Part shown: positions 1-7,864 of the stretch, in pieces
How the letters are laid out: each line of letters starts with the position of its first letter
Position numbering within the stretch: the stretch's first letter is position 1
Origin: Fretibacterium sp.
Lineage (GTDB): Bacteria > Synergistota > Synergistia > Synergistales > Aminobacteriaceae
NCBI GenBank assembly: GCA_012520235.1
Contig: JAAYOR010000013.1
Location: forward strand, 1-29,805
Direction: 5' to 3'
DNA length: 29,805 nt
The notes under the pieces: model-generated
The model's input: only the letters and a program-made list of their open reading frames with translations
The model's database searches: none
What the model was told of the DNA's origin: nothing
Position numbers and translations under genes: made by a program

Positions 1-48
1 AGATTTACCGGGACGGCGCGCAAAATTTTCGAGGGGGGTTTTTTATTA

Positions 49-3000
49 ATGGCGAAGAAAAACTGGATAACGATGGACGGAAACGCCGCGGCTGCACACG
101 TGGCCTACGCGTTTTCGGAGATTGCCGCGATTTACCCGATCACACCCTCGTCGACCATGCCCGAGCTGATCGACGAGTGGGCGGCCCATGGCCGCAAGAA
201 CATCTTTGGGCAGACGGTTCACGTCTCTGAGCTGCAGTCCGAGGGGGGCGCCGCCGGCGCGGTGCACGGGGCTCTCTCTGCCGGGGCTCTGGCCACGACC
301 TTCACGGCCTCTCAGGGGCTTCTGCTGATGATGCCCAACATGTTCAAGATCGCCGGCGAGCTGTTGCCCTGCGTCTTCCACGTCTCGGCCCGCGCCGTGG
401 CGGGGCACGCGCTCTCCATCTTCGGGGACCACAGCGACGTGATGACCACGCGCATGACGGGCTTTGCCATGCTGGCTGCGGGCAGCGTCCAGGAGACCAT
501 GGACATGGCGGCTGTGGCGCACCTCTCCACGCTCAGGACCAGCGTCCCGTTCCTGCACTTTTTCGACGGCTTCCGCACCTCCCATGAGATCCAGAAGATA
601 GAAGCGCTTGACTACGACGACCTTGCCGGGCTGGTGGACTACGACGCCATCGACATCTTTCGCAGCCGTGCCCTGCGCCCCGAGAACCCCTATCAGAAGG
701 GCACAGCCCAGAACCCAGACATCTTTTTCCAGGCCAAGGAGGCAGCTTCTCCCTTCTATGTAGATATCCCGGACGTGGTCGAGGGGTACATGCAGGAACT
801 CAAAAAACTGACGGGCCGCGAGTATCATCCCTTCAAGTACTACGGCGCGCCTGACGCCACGCGCGTCATCGTCGCCATGGGTTCAGTCTGTCAGACCATT
901 GAGGAGACCGTGGACTACCTGAACGCCCGGGGCGAGAAGGTTGGGGTCGTTGAGGTTCACCTCTACCGTCCCTTCTCTTCTAAGTACTTCTTCCGGGTTC
1001 TGCCCTCAACGGTCGAGGCCATCGCTGTCCTGGACCGTTGCAAGGAGCCCGGCTCTCTGGGCGAGCCTCTTTACGAGGACATTCGCACCCTGTTCTTCGA
1101 GAAGCGCTGCAGCGCGCCTCGCATCGTCGGCGGTCGTTACGGCCTGGGTTCCAAGGACACCACCCCCAGCCACATCAAGAGCGTCTTCGACAACCTCAAG
1201 CTCTTCGAGCCCCGCAACCATTTCACGGTGGGCATTGTGGACGACGTCAGCGACAGCTCTCTGCCCGTACATGAAGAAATAGACGCCGCGGCCGAAGGCA
1301 CGGTCTGCTGCAAGTTCTGGGGGCTTGGCTCTGACGGTACGGTCGGCGCCAACAAGAACTCCATCAAGATAATCGGTGACCACACCGACCTTTACGCTCA
1401 GGGCTATTTCTCCTACGACTCCAAGAAGTCCGGTGGCATCACGGTGTCGCACCTGCGCTTCGGCAAGTCGCCCATCAAGTCCACCTACCTCATCGACGCG
1501 GCGAACTTCATCGCCTGCCACAAGCAGGAGTACGTCAACCAGTACGACGTCCTGGCCGGGCTCAAACAGGGCGGGACCTTCCTGCTGAACACGCAGTGGA
1601 CCACCCTGGAGCAGCTTGAGGAGCACCTGCCCTCCAAACTGAAGCGCGCTCTCGCCAAAAAGGGCGCCAAGTTTTACGTCATCAACGCTGTGGACGAGGC
1701 TGAGAAGATAGGGCTGGGCAACCGCACCAACACCATCATGCAGGCCGCGTTCTTCAAGCTGGCGAACGTCATCCCCATCGACGATGCTGTCAAGTACATG
1801 AAGAAGGCCATTGAGGACAGCTACGGCAGGAGGGGCGAGAAGGTCGTCCAGATGAACTACGACGCCGTGGATTCGGGCCTGAAGCACCTGATTGAGATCA
1901 AAGTCCCTGCGGGCTGGGCCGATGTTGCGGACAAGCCAATTGTCGCGCGCGGGCTCCCCACCGAGATCCCCGGCTTTGTGGCGAACCAGTGCGCCGTCAT
2001 CAACGCTCAGGCCGGCGACAGTCTTCCCGTCAGCGCTTTTATCGGCCGCGAGGACGGTCACTTCCCCTCCGGGACCTCCGCTTTTGAGAAGCGCGGCGTA
2101 GCCGTGAACGTCCCCGAGTGGAAGAGCGACAAGTGCATCCAGTGCAACCAGTGCGCGATGGTCTGCCCTCATGCCGCCATCCGGCCCTTCCTGCTTGACG
2201 GTGAGGAGCAGGCGGAGGCGCCCGAGGGCTTCGGAGCAGTTGAATGCAGGGCGAAGAACCTCAAGGAGGCTGGCTACCAGTACAAGATGCAGGTGGATGT
2301 GCTGGACTGCCTGGGCTGCGGTAATTGCGCCGACATCTGCCCTGTGAGCGCGCTTGAGATGAAGCCGCTCGCTACCCAGGAGGCGGAGATAGACAACTGG
2401 ACCCATGCTATCGAGAGCATCCAGGACAAGGAAGAGGCTGCCGGCAACAAGTTCACCGTCCAGGGCAGCCAGTTCCAGCGCCCGCTCCTTGAGTTCAGCG
2501 GCGCTTGCGCCGGCTGCGGTGAAACCCCGTACGCCAAGCTGGTGACGCAGCTCTTTGGAGACCGCATGATCATCGCCAACGCAACGGGCTGTTCGTCCAT
2601 CTGGGGTGGTTCCGCGCCCAGCATGCCCTACACCACCAACGCCAGAGGCTTTGGACCTGCCTGGGCCAACTCGCTTTTTGAGGACAACGCTGAGTATGGG
2701 TATGGCATGAATCTCTCCCTTAAGGTGATGGTCGGCTACCTGGAGACCGCCGTGAGCAATCTGCTGGCCATGGACATCCCGGCCGAGCACAAGGCTGTGC
2801 TTCAGGAGTGGATGGACACCCATCACGACGGGGAGAAGTCCCGCGTCTCCGGGGCTAAGGTCGAAGATCTGCTCGACAGCCTCTGCTGCTGCGAGGACTG
2901 CTGCGACGAGGCGGTGATACGGGAGTACGAGACCATCGATCGCTTCCGGGACTATCTGGTTAAGAAGTCCGTGTGGATCTTCGGAGGCGACGGCTGGGCC

Positions 3001-3633
3001 TATGACATCGGCTACGGTGGGCTTGACCACGTCCTGGGCAGCGGTGAGGACGTGAACGTCCTGGTCATGGACACCGAGGTCTACTCCAACACGGGTGGAC
3101 AATCCTCCAAGGCCACCCCGACGGCCGCCATCGCCAAGTTCGCGGCCAGCGGCAAACGTGTCCGCAAGAAGGATCTGGGGCGCATGGCCATGACCTACGG
3201 GCACGTTTATGTGGCTCAGGTCGCCATGGGCGCGGATAAGAACCAGTTGCTCAAGGCTCTGGCAGAGGCCGAGGCCCACAAGGGACCGTCCCTTATCATT
3301 GCCTACGCCCCCTGCATCAACCACGGCATCAAGGGCGGCATGGGCAAGACTCAGGAACAGACTAAGAAGGCGGTTGAGGCGGGCTACTGGCACCTCTACC
3401 GTTACAACCCGAACCTTGTGGAGGAGGGCAAGAACCCCTTCATCCTGGACTCCAAGGAGCCTAAGAGCGACTACAAGGAATTCCTGATGACCGAGGTCCG
3501 GTACGCGGCGCTGAAGCAAGGCTTCCCTGATATCGCTGACTCGCTCTTTGAGCAGGCGGCTCGGGAGGCCAGGGAGCGTTACGAGACCTACAAGGCCTTG
3601 GCCGAGGCGGGCTCGGAGCCCATCAAGGCTTAA
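49..3633 (+). CDS. por: Pyruvate:ferredoxin (flavodoxin) oxidoreductase, single-polypeptide PFOR (NifJ/YdbK type)
   Basis: 1194-aa ORF with the typical PFOR N-terminus (MAKKNWITMDGNAAAAHVAYAFSEIAAIYPITPSS). It has two 4Fe-4S ferredoxin CxxCxxCxxxCP motifs (CIQCNQCAMVCP, CLGCGNCADICP). The TPP-binding C-terminal region carries GGDGWAYDIG. GAGGGGGG ribosome-binding site lies 8 nt upstream of ATG 49. Confidence 0.95.
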   Translation: MAKKNWITMDGNAAAAHVAYAFSEIAAIYPITPSSTMPELIDEWAAHGRKNIFGQTVHVSELQSEGGAAGAVHGALSAGALATTFTASQGLLLMMPNMFKIAGELLPCVFHVSARAVAGHALSIFGDHSDVMTTRMTGFAMLAAGSVQETMDMAAVAHLSTLRTSVPFLHFFDGFRTSHEIQKIEALDYDDLAGLVDYDAIDIFRSRALRPENPYQKGTAQNPDIFFQAKEAASPFYVDIPDVVEGYMQELKKLTGREYHPFKYYGAPDATRVIVAMGSVCQTIEETVDYLNARGEKVGVVEVHLYRPFSSKYFFRVLPSTVEAIAVLDRCKEPGSLGEPLYEDIRTLFFEKRCSAPRIVGGRYGLGSKDTTPSHIKSVFDNLKLFEPRNHFTVGIVDDVSDSSLPVHEEIDAAAEGTVCCKFWGLGSDGTVGANKNSIKIIGDHTDLYAQGYFSYDSKKSGGITVSHLRFGKSPIKSTYLIDAANFIACHKQEYVNQYDVLAGLKQGGTFLLNTQWTTLEQLEEHLPSKLKRALAKKGAKFYVINAVDEAEKIGLGNRTNTIMQAAFFKLANVIPIDDAVKYMKKAIEDSYGRRGEKVVQMNYDAVDSGLKHLIEIKVPAGWADVADKPIVARGLPTEIPGFVANQCAVINAQAGDSLPVSAFIGREDGHFPSGTSAFEKRGVAVNVPEWKSDKCIQCNQCAMVCPHAAIRPFLLDGEEQAEAPEGFGAVECRAKNLKEAGYQYKMQVDVLDCLGCGNCADICPVSALEMKPLATQEAEIDNWTHAIESIQDKEEAAGNKFTVQGSQFQRPLLEFSGACAGCGETPYAKLVTQLFGDRMIIANATGCSSIWGGSAPSMPYTTNARGFGPAWANSLFEDNAEYGYGMNLSLKVMVGYLETAVSNLLAMDIPAEHKAVLQEWMDTHHDGEKSRVSGAKVEDLLDSLCCCEDCCDEAVIREYETIDRFRDYLVKKSVWIFGGDGWAYDIGYGGLDHVLGSGEDVNVLVMDTEVYSNTGGQSSKATPTAAIAKFAASGKRVRKKDLGRMAMTYGHVYVAQVAMGADKNQLLKALAEAEAHKGPSLIIAYAPCINHGIKGGMGKTQEQTKKAVEAGYWHLYRYNPNLVEEGKNPFILDSKEPKSDYKEFLMTEVRYAALKQGFPDIADSLFEQAAREARERYETYKALAEAGSEPIKA

Positions 3634-3651
3634 ACTTCCGGCAGCAGTTAA

Positions 3652-3704
3652 CCGGAGTACAAAACAGAGGGACCCGCAACGGGTCCCTTTGTTTTGTACT
3701 CCGG
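3652..3704. terminator. Bidirectional rho-independent terminator between convergent PFOR and SPFH genes
   Basis: Near-perfect 53-bp palindrome CCGGAGTACAAAACAGAGGGACCC-GCAAC-GGGTCCCTTTGTTTTGTACTCCGG. The inner 7-bp GC stem is flanked by an A-tract on one side and a T-tract on the other, so it gives a stem plus U-run on either strand. It lies between the 3' ends of the 49..3633(+) and 3764..4582(-) genes. Confidence 0.6.
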
Positions 3705-3763
3705 ACATCCTGTTTGAGGGCCTTCAGGCAGGATGTTTCGGGTGTTTCAGATTAGGAGAAGGC

Positions 3764-4582
3764 TCACCTCTCGGAGCTGGCTTTGTCGGCGTTGGGCCCA
3801 AAGGCTTTCTCCACGAAAGGGCGGAGGAGGTCTATGGGGATGGGGAAGAAGGTGGTGGAGTTGCGTTCTCCCGCTATCTCCCGGATGGTCTGAAGGTAGC
3901 GCAGCTGCAGGGTGATGGGGGAGGCCTCCATCTCCTGGGCGGCCTCGGAAAGCTTTGTTGCGGCCTGAAGCTCACCCTCCGCGGAGATGATTTTGGCGCG
4001 TCTTTCGCGCTCGGCCTCTGCCTGGCGGGCCATGGCGCGCTTCATCCCGTCGGGCAGCTCCAGCTCTTTGACCTCCACTGCGCTGACTTTGATGCCCCAG
4101 GGGTCGGTACGCTCATCAATGATCTTCTGGAGCTCGTGGTTGATCTTCTCCCGGGAGGAGAGCACCTCATCCAGCTCCACGGAGCCGACCACGGAGCGCA
4201 GCGTGGTCTGGGCCAGCTGGCTGGTGGCCATGACGTAGTTCTCGACCTCCACCACGGAGCGCGCCGGATCCATGACGCGGAAGTAGACGACGGCGTTGAC
4301 CTTGATGGGTACATTGTCCCTGGTGATGACCTCCTGGACGGGGACGTCCATCGTCAGGATGCGCAGGTCCACGCTGATGGGCCTGTCGACGACGGGGATG
4401 AGAAACACGATGCCGGGCCCGCGGCTGCCGGCCAGCCGGCCCAGGCGGAAGATGACGAGTCGCTTGTACTCCGGGACCACCTTGACGGAGGCAGACAGGA
4501 TCAGAAAAAGGATGAACAGAGCGCCGATCCAGCTTCCGATGCTGGAGAACATGTCGGTCAGGCTGCTGATGTCGATGATCAT
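3764..4582 (-). CDS. SPFH/band-7 (stomatin/prohibitin-like, QmcA/YbbK-type) membrane protein
   Basis: 272-aa ORF with an N-terminal hydrophobic segment followed by a conserved band-7 core ([14 protein letters not shown]..., [25 protein letters not shown]...). It has a C-terminal coiled-coil [15 protein letters not shown]. No adjacent NfeD partner is visible. Confidence 0.85.
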   Translation of the reverse strand: MIIDISSLTDMFSSIGSWIGALFILFLILSASVKVVPEYKRLVIFRLGRLAGSRGPGIVFLIPVVDRPISVDLRILTMDVPVQEVITRDNVPIKVNAVVYFRVMDPARSVVEVENYVMATSQLAQTTLRSVVGSVELDEVLSSREKINHELQKIIDERTDPWGIKVSAVEVKELELPDGMKRAMARQAEAERERRAKIISAEGELQAATKLSEAAQEMEASPITLQLRYLQTIREIAGERNSTTFFPIPIDLLRPFVEKAFGPNADKASSER

Positions 4583-4632
4583 AATAACCTCTCCTCACTT
4601 TTCGCTCCGCTCGCACGGGCGGGAGCTGTTTT

Positions 4633-4665
4633 GATGCCGTTAGCATAGCATATAAGCGTTCGACA
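4633..4665. repeat. Palindromic box GATGCCgTTAGCATAGCATataagcg (a member of a short repeat also seen at 10709 and 14853)
   Basis: Seen directly. GATGCCGTTAGCATAGCAT is closely similar to GATGCCTTAGCGGCATAGCATG at 10709 and GATGCCTTAATGGCATGGCATG at 14853. It is followed by AAAAGACTAgttcc, compared with AAAAGACTAtccgc at 10735. Confidence 0.45.
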
Positions 4666-4788
4666 AGCGCAACACCTAAAAGACTAGTTCCTTTTAACCG
4701 CGAAATGCGCGAAAAACGCGAAAGCTTGTATGGTCTGTTTTTCTTTTTCGTGCCGTTCGCGTGGTTCGCGGTTCCTTAAGCAGCGGAC

Positions 4789-4830
4789 ACAAAAAAGGCC
4801 CTCCATAGGGGAGGGCCGTGCTTTTGTTCT
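4789..4830 (-). terminator. Rho-independent terminator downstream of the 4840..5781(-) gene
   Basis: GGCCCTCC-ATAG-GGGAGGGCC stem-loop at 4797-4817, with an AAAAAA run at 4789-4796 that gives a U-tract on the minus strand after the stem. It sits immediately 3' of the minus-strand CDS ending at 4840. Confidence 0.5.
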
Positions 4831-4839
4831 GGGGTCAGG

Positions 4840-5781
4840 TCAAATAGCCATGGCCAGCGTGGGCAATGAAGAGGGCTCGGGCCGTTTTTGGGTCGAGTGG
4901 CGCTCATAGGCCGCCCTGATGGCGGAGGGGTCAAGAGGATCGGCGGCCGGCCCCAGGCGAAAGCCCTCGCTGCCGGCCTGGGAGAGGGCGTCAAAACTCA
5001 TGAGCGCACGGATGGATGAGATGCCCGACTTGAGGAAGCTATCGCTTTGCTCCACGTCCCCGGTCTCTGAACGCTTTGCCGCCAGCTGCTGGCGAATTTG
5101 TGTCGCGGAAGCTGCAGCCCTGGCCGCGACCTGGAGGTCCTGTCCTGAGGGGTCCCCCGGTGCCAGAGCGGCCCGCTGGACCTGTTCCATGTTGCGCAAG
5201 GCCTCCTCGGGGTCGTTGGTCGCCGGGACGTGGATGGGCACGGAGCCTCCCGTGATGTAGCTTCGTCCGTCGGGGCCTGTGGTCCTCGTGTAGCGCACAG
5301 GGCCGCCGAAACGCCCTGCAGCCGCCTGATGGGCGGCCTCGTGCGCTATGACCTCGCGCTCAATCTGTTGCAGCTCACGCACCGCGGCGTCCATCTTGGG
5401 GTTGGTTCTGCCCGGGGCCTTTGAGGCGGAAGGGGCCCCCGTCGCCTCGGAAGAGTTTTCATCCTCGTCCACGATGTTCACGCTCACTCCGCCCGCAGCG
5501 CGGCTCACCGCCTTGGCGTCGCCCTTCAGGGTGAGGGTGGCTCCCGAGATGTAGCGACGTCCGTCAGGCCCGGGTGTGTAGTGATAGACGACCGAGACGT
5601 CAACGGAAGGGCCTGCGGCCATCTTGATACTACGCTCCTGGGCCAGAATGCTGCTCTCCTGTGTGGCGAGGGAGCTCCGGGCGGGAGAGGCAGCCTCCCT
5701 TCCGGACAGATGCGCTTCCGGCGCTCTGGGGCGTTGGGCGGGCTGGAGATACCCGTTTGAAAAGATCGAGGTTATGTTCAT
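4840..5781 (-). CDS. Hypothetical protein with HExxH motif and an internal tandem repeat (YHYTPGPDGRRYISGATL / YTRTTGPDGRSYITGGSV)
   Basis: 313-aa ORF with an AGGAGG ribosome-binding site 7 nt upstream of ATG 5781. It contains VIAHEAAHQ (an HExxH zinc-metalloprotease-like motif). This sits between two ~25-aa repeats, each ending in a GPDGR-YI-GG core. The protein is Ala/Ser/Pro-rich and low complexity, with no obvious signal peptide. The family was not recognised. Confidence 0.6.
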   Translation of the reverse strand: MNITSIFSNGYLQPAQRPRAPEAHLSGREAASPARSSLATQESSILAQERSIKMAAGPSVDVSVVYHYTPGPDGRRYISGATLTLKGDAKAVSRAAGGVSVNIVDEDENSSEATGAPSASKAPGRTNPKMDAAVRELQQIEREVIAHEAAHQAAAGRFGGPVRYTRTTGPDGRSYITGGSVPIHVPATNDPEEALRNMEQVQRAALAPGDPSGQDLQVAARAAASATQIRQQLAAKRSETGDVEQSDSFLKSGISSIRALMSFDALSQAGSEGFRLGPAADPLDPSAIRAAYERHSTQKRPEPSSLPTLAMAI

Positions 5782-5883
5782 AGTTCGCCTCCTTTTTGAG
5801 CCGTCAATCGAAAAGCCGGGGTACTCAAGAAAAAATCCCGACTCTGGTTTTGCTTTGTCTTCCCTTATATTCTATCACGCTTG

Positions 5884-5913
5884 CAAAAAAAACGAGAGCT
5901 CTCAGGCTCTCGT
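5884..5913 (-). terminator. Rho-independent terminator after tRNA-Leu
   Basis: ACGAGAGC-TCTCAG-GCTCTCGT hairpin at 5892-5913. The A8 run at 5884-5891 becomes a U-tract on the minus strand 3' of the stem. It is located about 30 nt downstream of the tRNA 3' end. Confidence 0.45.
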
Positions 5914-5945
5914 TAAAAGCTCCTCGGGCTCTCGTCATTTTTAGT

Positions 5946-6032
5946 GGTGCGGAGGGGGAGAATCGAACTCCCACAGCTTTAAAGCCACAAGATCCTTAGT
6001 CTTGCGCGTCTACCAATTCCGCCACCCCCGCA
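5946..6032 (-). tRNA. tRNA-Leu (class II, long variable arm; anticodon hand-folded as AAG, decoding CUN)
   Basis: The reverse complement reads GCGGGGGTGGCGGAATTGGTAGACGCGCAAGACTAAGGATCTTGTGGCTTTAAAGCTGTGGGAGTTCGATTCTCCCCCTCCGCACCA. Features:
- 7-bp acceptor stem.
- Leu-type D-arm (GGAATTGGTAGAC).
- Anticodon stem CAAGA/TCTTG with loop CTAAGGA.
- Long variable arm.
- T-arm GGGAG-TTCGATT-CTCCC.
- Encoded CCA. Confidence 0.85.
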
Positions 6033-6043
6033 AAACGTCACAC

Positions 6044-6073
6044 ATTATACACAGTTTTAGGCCAGGACGTCAA
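6044..6073 (-). promoter_or_regulatory. Sigma70-type promoter for tRNA-Leu (TTGACG - 18 nt - TGTGTATAAT)
   Basis: Minus-strand reading is TTGACGtcctggcctaaaactgtgTATAATgtgtgacgttttgc, followed by the tRNA 5' end. It has a near-consensus -35, an extended TG and a perfect -10. The tRNA starts about 12 nt downstream. Confidence 0.5.
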
Positions 6074-6093
6074 GGGTTCCCTCTACCGAAAAT

Positions 6094-6128
6094 GTAAAAA
6101 AGACGCCTCCGGGGGTAAGGAGGCGTCC
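6094..6128 (-). terminator. Rho-independent terminator of the 6158..7558(-) gene
   Basis: GACGCCTCC-GGGGGTAA-GGAGGCGTC hairpin at 6102-6127. The preceding A-run at 6096-6101 gives a U-tract on the minus strand. It lies about 30 nt 3' of the CDS stop. Confidence 0.5.
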
Positions 6129-6157
6129 TTAGGACCAAGAGAGGTCCGTAGTGGAGC

Positions 6158-7558
6158 TTAACGAGCCTTGAGCAGCTCAGGCACGGAGAGGAGGATGAAC
6201 TCGTTGTCGTCGGCCTGGTTGGGCTCCCGGCTGCTGGAGAAGGGGTAGTTGTTGTCGTTCCCAACGACGATGTGACTCTCGTCCACGATGTCCACGTCCT
6301 CAATGGTGAAGAAGGGGAAGGTGAAGCGTCCCTCGTTCAGGGGCTTGCGGGCCAGCTTGTTGGGGTCCTGGATATCCATGAGGTCGATGTAAGCCACTTT
6401 GCGTACGGGGGCGTTGACGTTCTCGTCAGCGAACTCAATCAGGTAGACCCTCTTGAACTTCGCGATGTTGGCAAAGCAGCTTTTGGTGTCCTCGGCGCCG
6501 GGCTTGCAGGCTTTGTCCGCGGTCCCCTCGCCGTTGTCACGCTCAATGACCAGGGCGCGCTTCTCGTCTATCATGTTGAAATCACCGATGGCGTAGGAGT
6601 TGTCCTCCAGGACGTACTGCCAGCTGCGTCCGGTCCACTTGCCCTCCTTGACGTCGAACTCCAGAATCCTCAGATAATCCTTCCCGTCCACGTTTTCAAA
6701 CGCGCCCTTTTCTTCATCCCAGAGCGCGCCCTCAAGGAGTGGGTAGAGGGTCTGCCCGTCGGGGGAGGAGGCCATCCCCTCGAAGCCCTTGGAGCGCTTC
6801 ACCTGGAACAGAGTCTTCTCAGCTGGGGTGCCGGAGGTCTTAAGGAAGGGGTTGTCCGGTGACTGAACCACCTTGCCGTCCACAACAGTCTCAAAGATCT
6901 CCACGACCTTGCCCGTCATGTCCGCCTTGATGAGGTAGGGTCCGAACTCCTCTCCGACCCAGAGGAACCCGCCGGCAAACTGAAAGCTCTCGGGGTCAAA
7001 GTCGCTGCCGGTGAGGTAGCGCTTCTCGGTGTCCTCGTTCACGATGAAAAAAGGAACTTTTTTGTCAGGGTCGTGCAGAAAAATGTGGCCCTTCGGGTCC
7101 ACCTTACCGGACTTGAAGTCAATGTCGAACTGAGTGAGGAAGAGCATGGTGTCGGGCGAGGTGCGTTTTGCGCCATAGCCGTTGTCCGCCAGTACCCAGA
7201 AGCTACCGTCCTCCATCCTCTTGATGCCCGAATGCCCCTGCTGAGGCAGCCCCTTGATGGGAAGGGAGAGGCCGGTCGGGCGCCCGCCGGACAGCCCCTG
7301 GACCGTCCCGAGCTCCTCTGTCCGAAGCCCTCCGCGGGTGTATTTACCGGTTATCTTCATGAACTCCGGGGCATCCTCGGGCATCACCGCCCGGGTCTCC
7401 ACCGGCAGCACAGCATGCCCCGCCAGAGTGGCGGGAACCTTGACGGCAGAGTCGGCCGATGCGGCAGAAGCAAGTCCGCCCAAGAGACAGCCCATCATCA
7501 AAAGCAGTCCGCTCCTCGTCATCATCTTGTCTCCATTTCTTGTCCTGTTTTTCATCAC
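6158..7558 (-). CDS. Secreted phytase-like beta-propeller protein (probable 'esterase-like activity of phytase' family)
   Basis: 466-aa ORF. It has a signal peptide (MMTRSGLLLMMGCLLGGLASAASA; the true start is probably the internal ATG near 7522). Motifs recalled from the PF13449-like family include SKGFEGMASSPDGQTLYPLLEGAL and ADNGYG. Product assignment is from memory of the family and is of moderate confidence. Confidence 0.5.
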   Translation of the reverse strand: MMKNRTRNGDKMMTRSGLLLMMGCLLGGLASAASADSAVKVPATLAGHAVLPVETRAVMPEDAPEFMKITGKYTRGGLRTEELGTVQGLSGGRPTGLSLPIKGLPQQGHSGIKRMEDGSFWVLADNGYGAKRTSPDTMLFLTQFDIDFKSGKVDPKGHIFLHDPDKKVPFFIVNEDTEKRYLTGSDFDPESFQFAGGFLWVGEEFGPYLIKADMTGKVVEIFETVVDGKVVQSPDNPFLKTSGTPAEKTLFQVKRSKGFEGMASSPDGQTLYPLLEGALWDEEKGAFENVDGKDYLRILEFDVKEGKWTGRSWQYVLEDNSYAIGDFNMIDEKRALVIERDNGEGTADKACKPGAEDTKSCFANIAKFKRVYLIEFADENVNAPVRKVAYIDLMDIQDPNKLARKPLNEGRFTFPFFTIEDVDIVDESHIVVGNDNNYPFSSSREPNQADDNEFILLSVPELLKAR

Positions 7559-7864
7559 GCGCTCACAACCTCCATAACTGTTTTGTGTGTATCCTGCTTC
7601 ACAGTTTTATTCTACGGTGCGAGCCTGACGAAAAGCTGCCACTTGGGTCTCCGAAGCGTAACAGTTTTCGGAGACAGGAGAGGGGGAGCTGCGTGCAAAG
7701 CGCGGTTTTTCGCTTTGAACTTCTCTTTTTATGGTAATATTACGCAATACGACCGGGCCTTTGGAGGGCTCTGGTTAAGCTTTGCCTGTTTTTGAAGACT
7801 TAAAAAGCTCAAAAAAAGCTTTGGGCCGGAAGGCCGCAGGCATTGATACAGGGGGCTGGTTTTG

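Noticed and set aside
1006-3708. 900-aa ORF on the minus strand antisense to PFOR (and similar long antisense ORFs: 46..828-, 7775..9316-, 9392..10303-, 3548..4648+, 6272..6862+, 7073..7795+, 13762..14328-, 15155..15682+, 16349..17071+, 18502..19203+, 19891..21000-, 26117..26716-, 27373..27867-)
   Set aside because: All lie opposite strongly supported genes. Their translations are Gly/Arg/Pro/Ala/Asp low-complexity, typical of open antisense frames in high-GC3 coding sequence. None has a ribosome-binding site or recognisable domain.
3764-4582. Expected NfeD-family partner gene next to the SPFH protein
   Set aside because: Neither flank (the 3705-3763 terminator region, or 4583-4839 non-coding sequence followed by a convergent gene) has room for an NfeD ORF. 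The SPFH gene appears to be solitary here.
7559-7864. T-box riboswitch upstream of ileS
   Set aside because: No T-box consensus sequence or specifier-loop architecture could be found by eye. Only generic hairpins are reported, as a low-interest finding.
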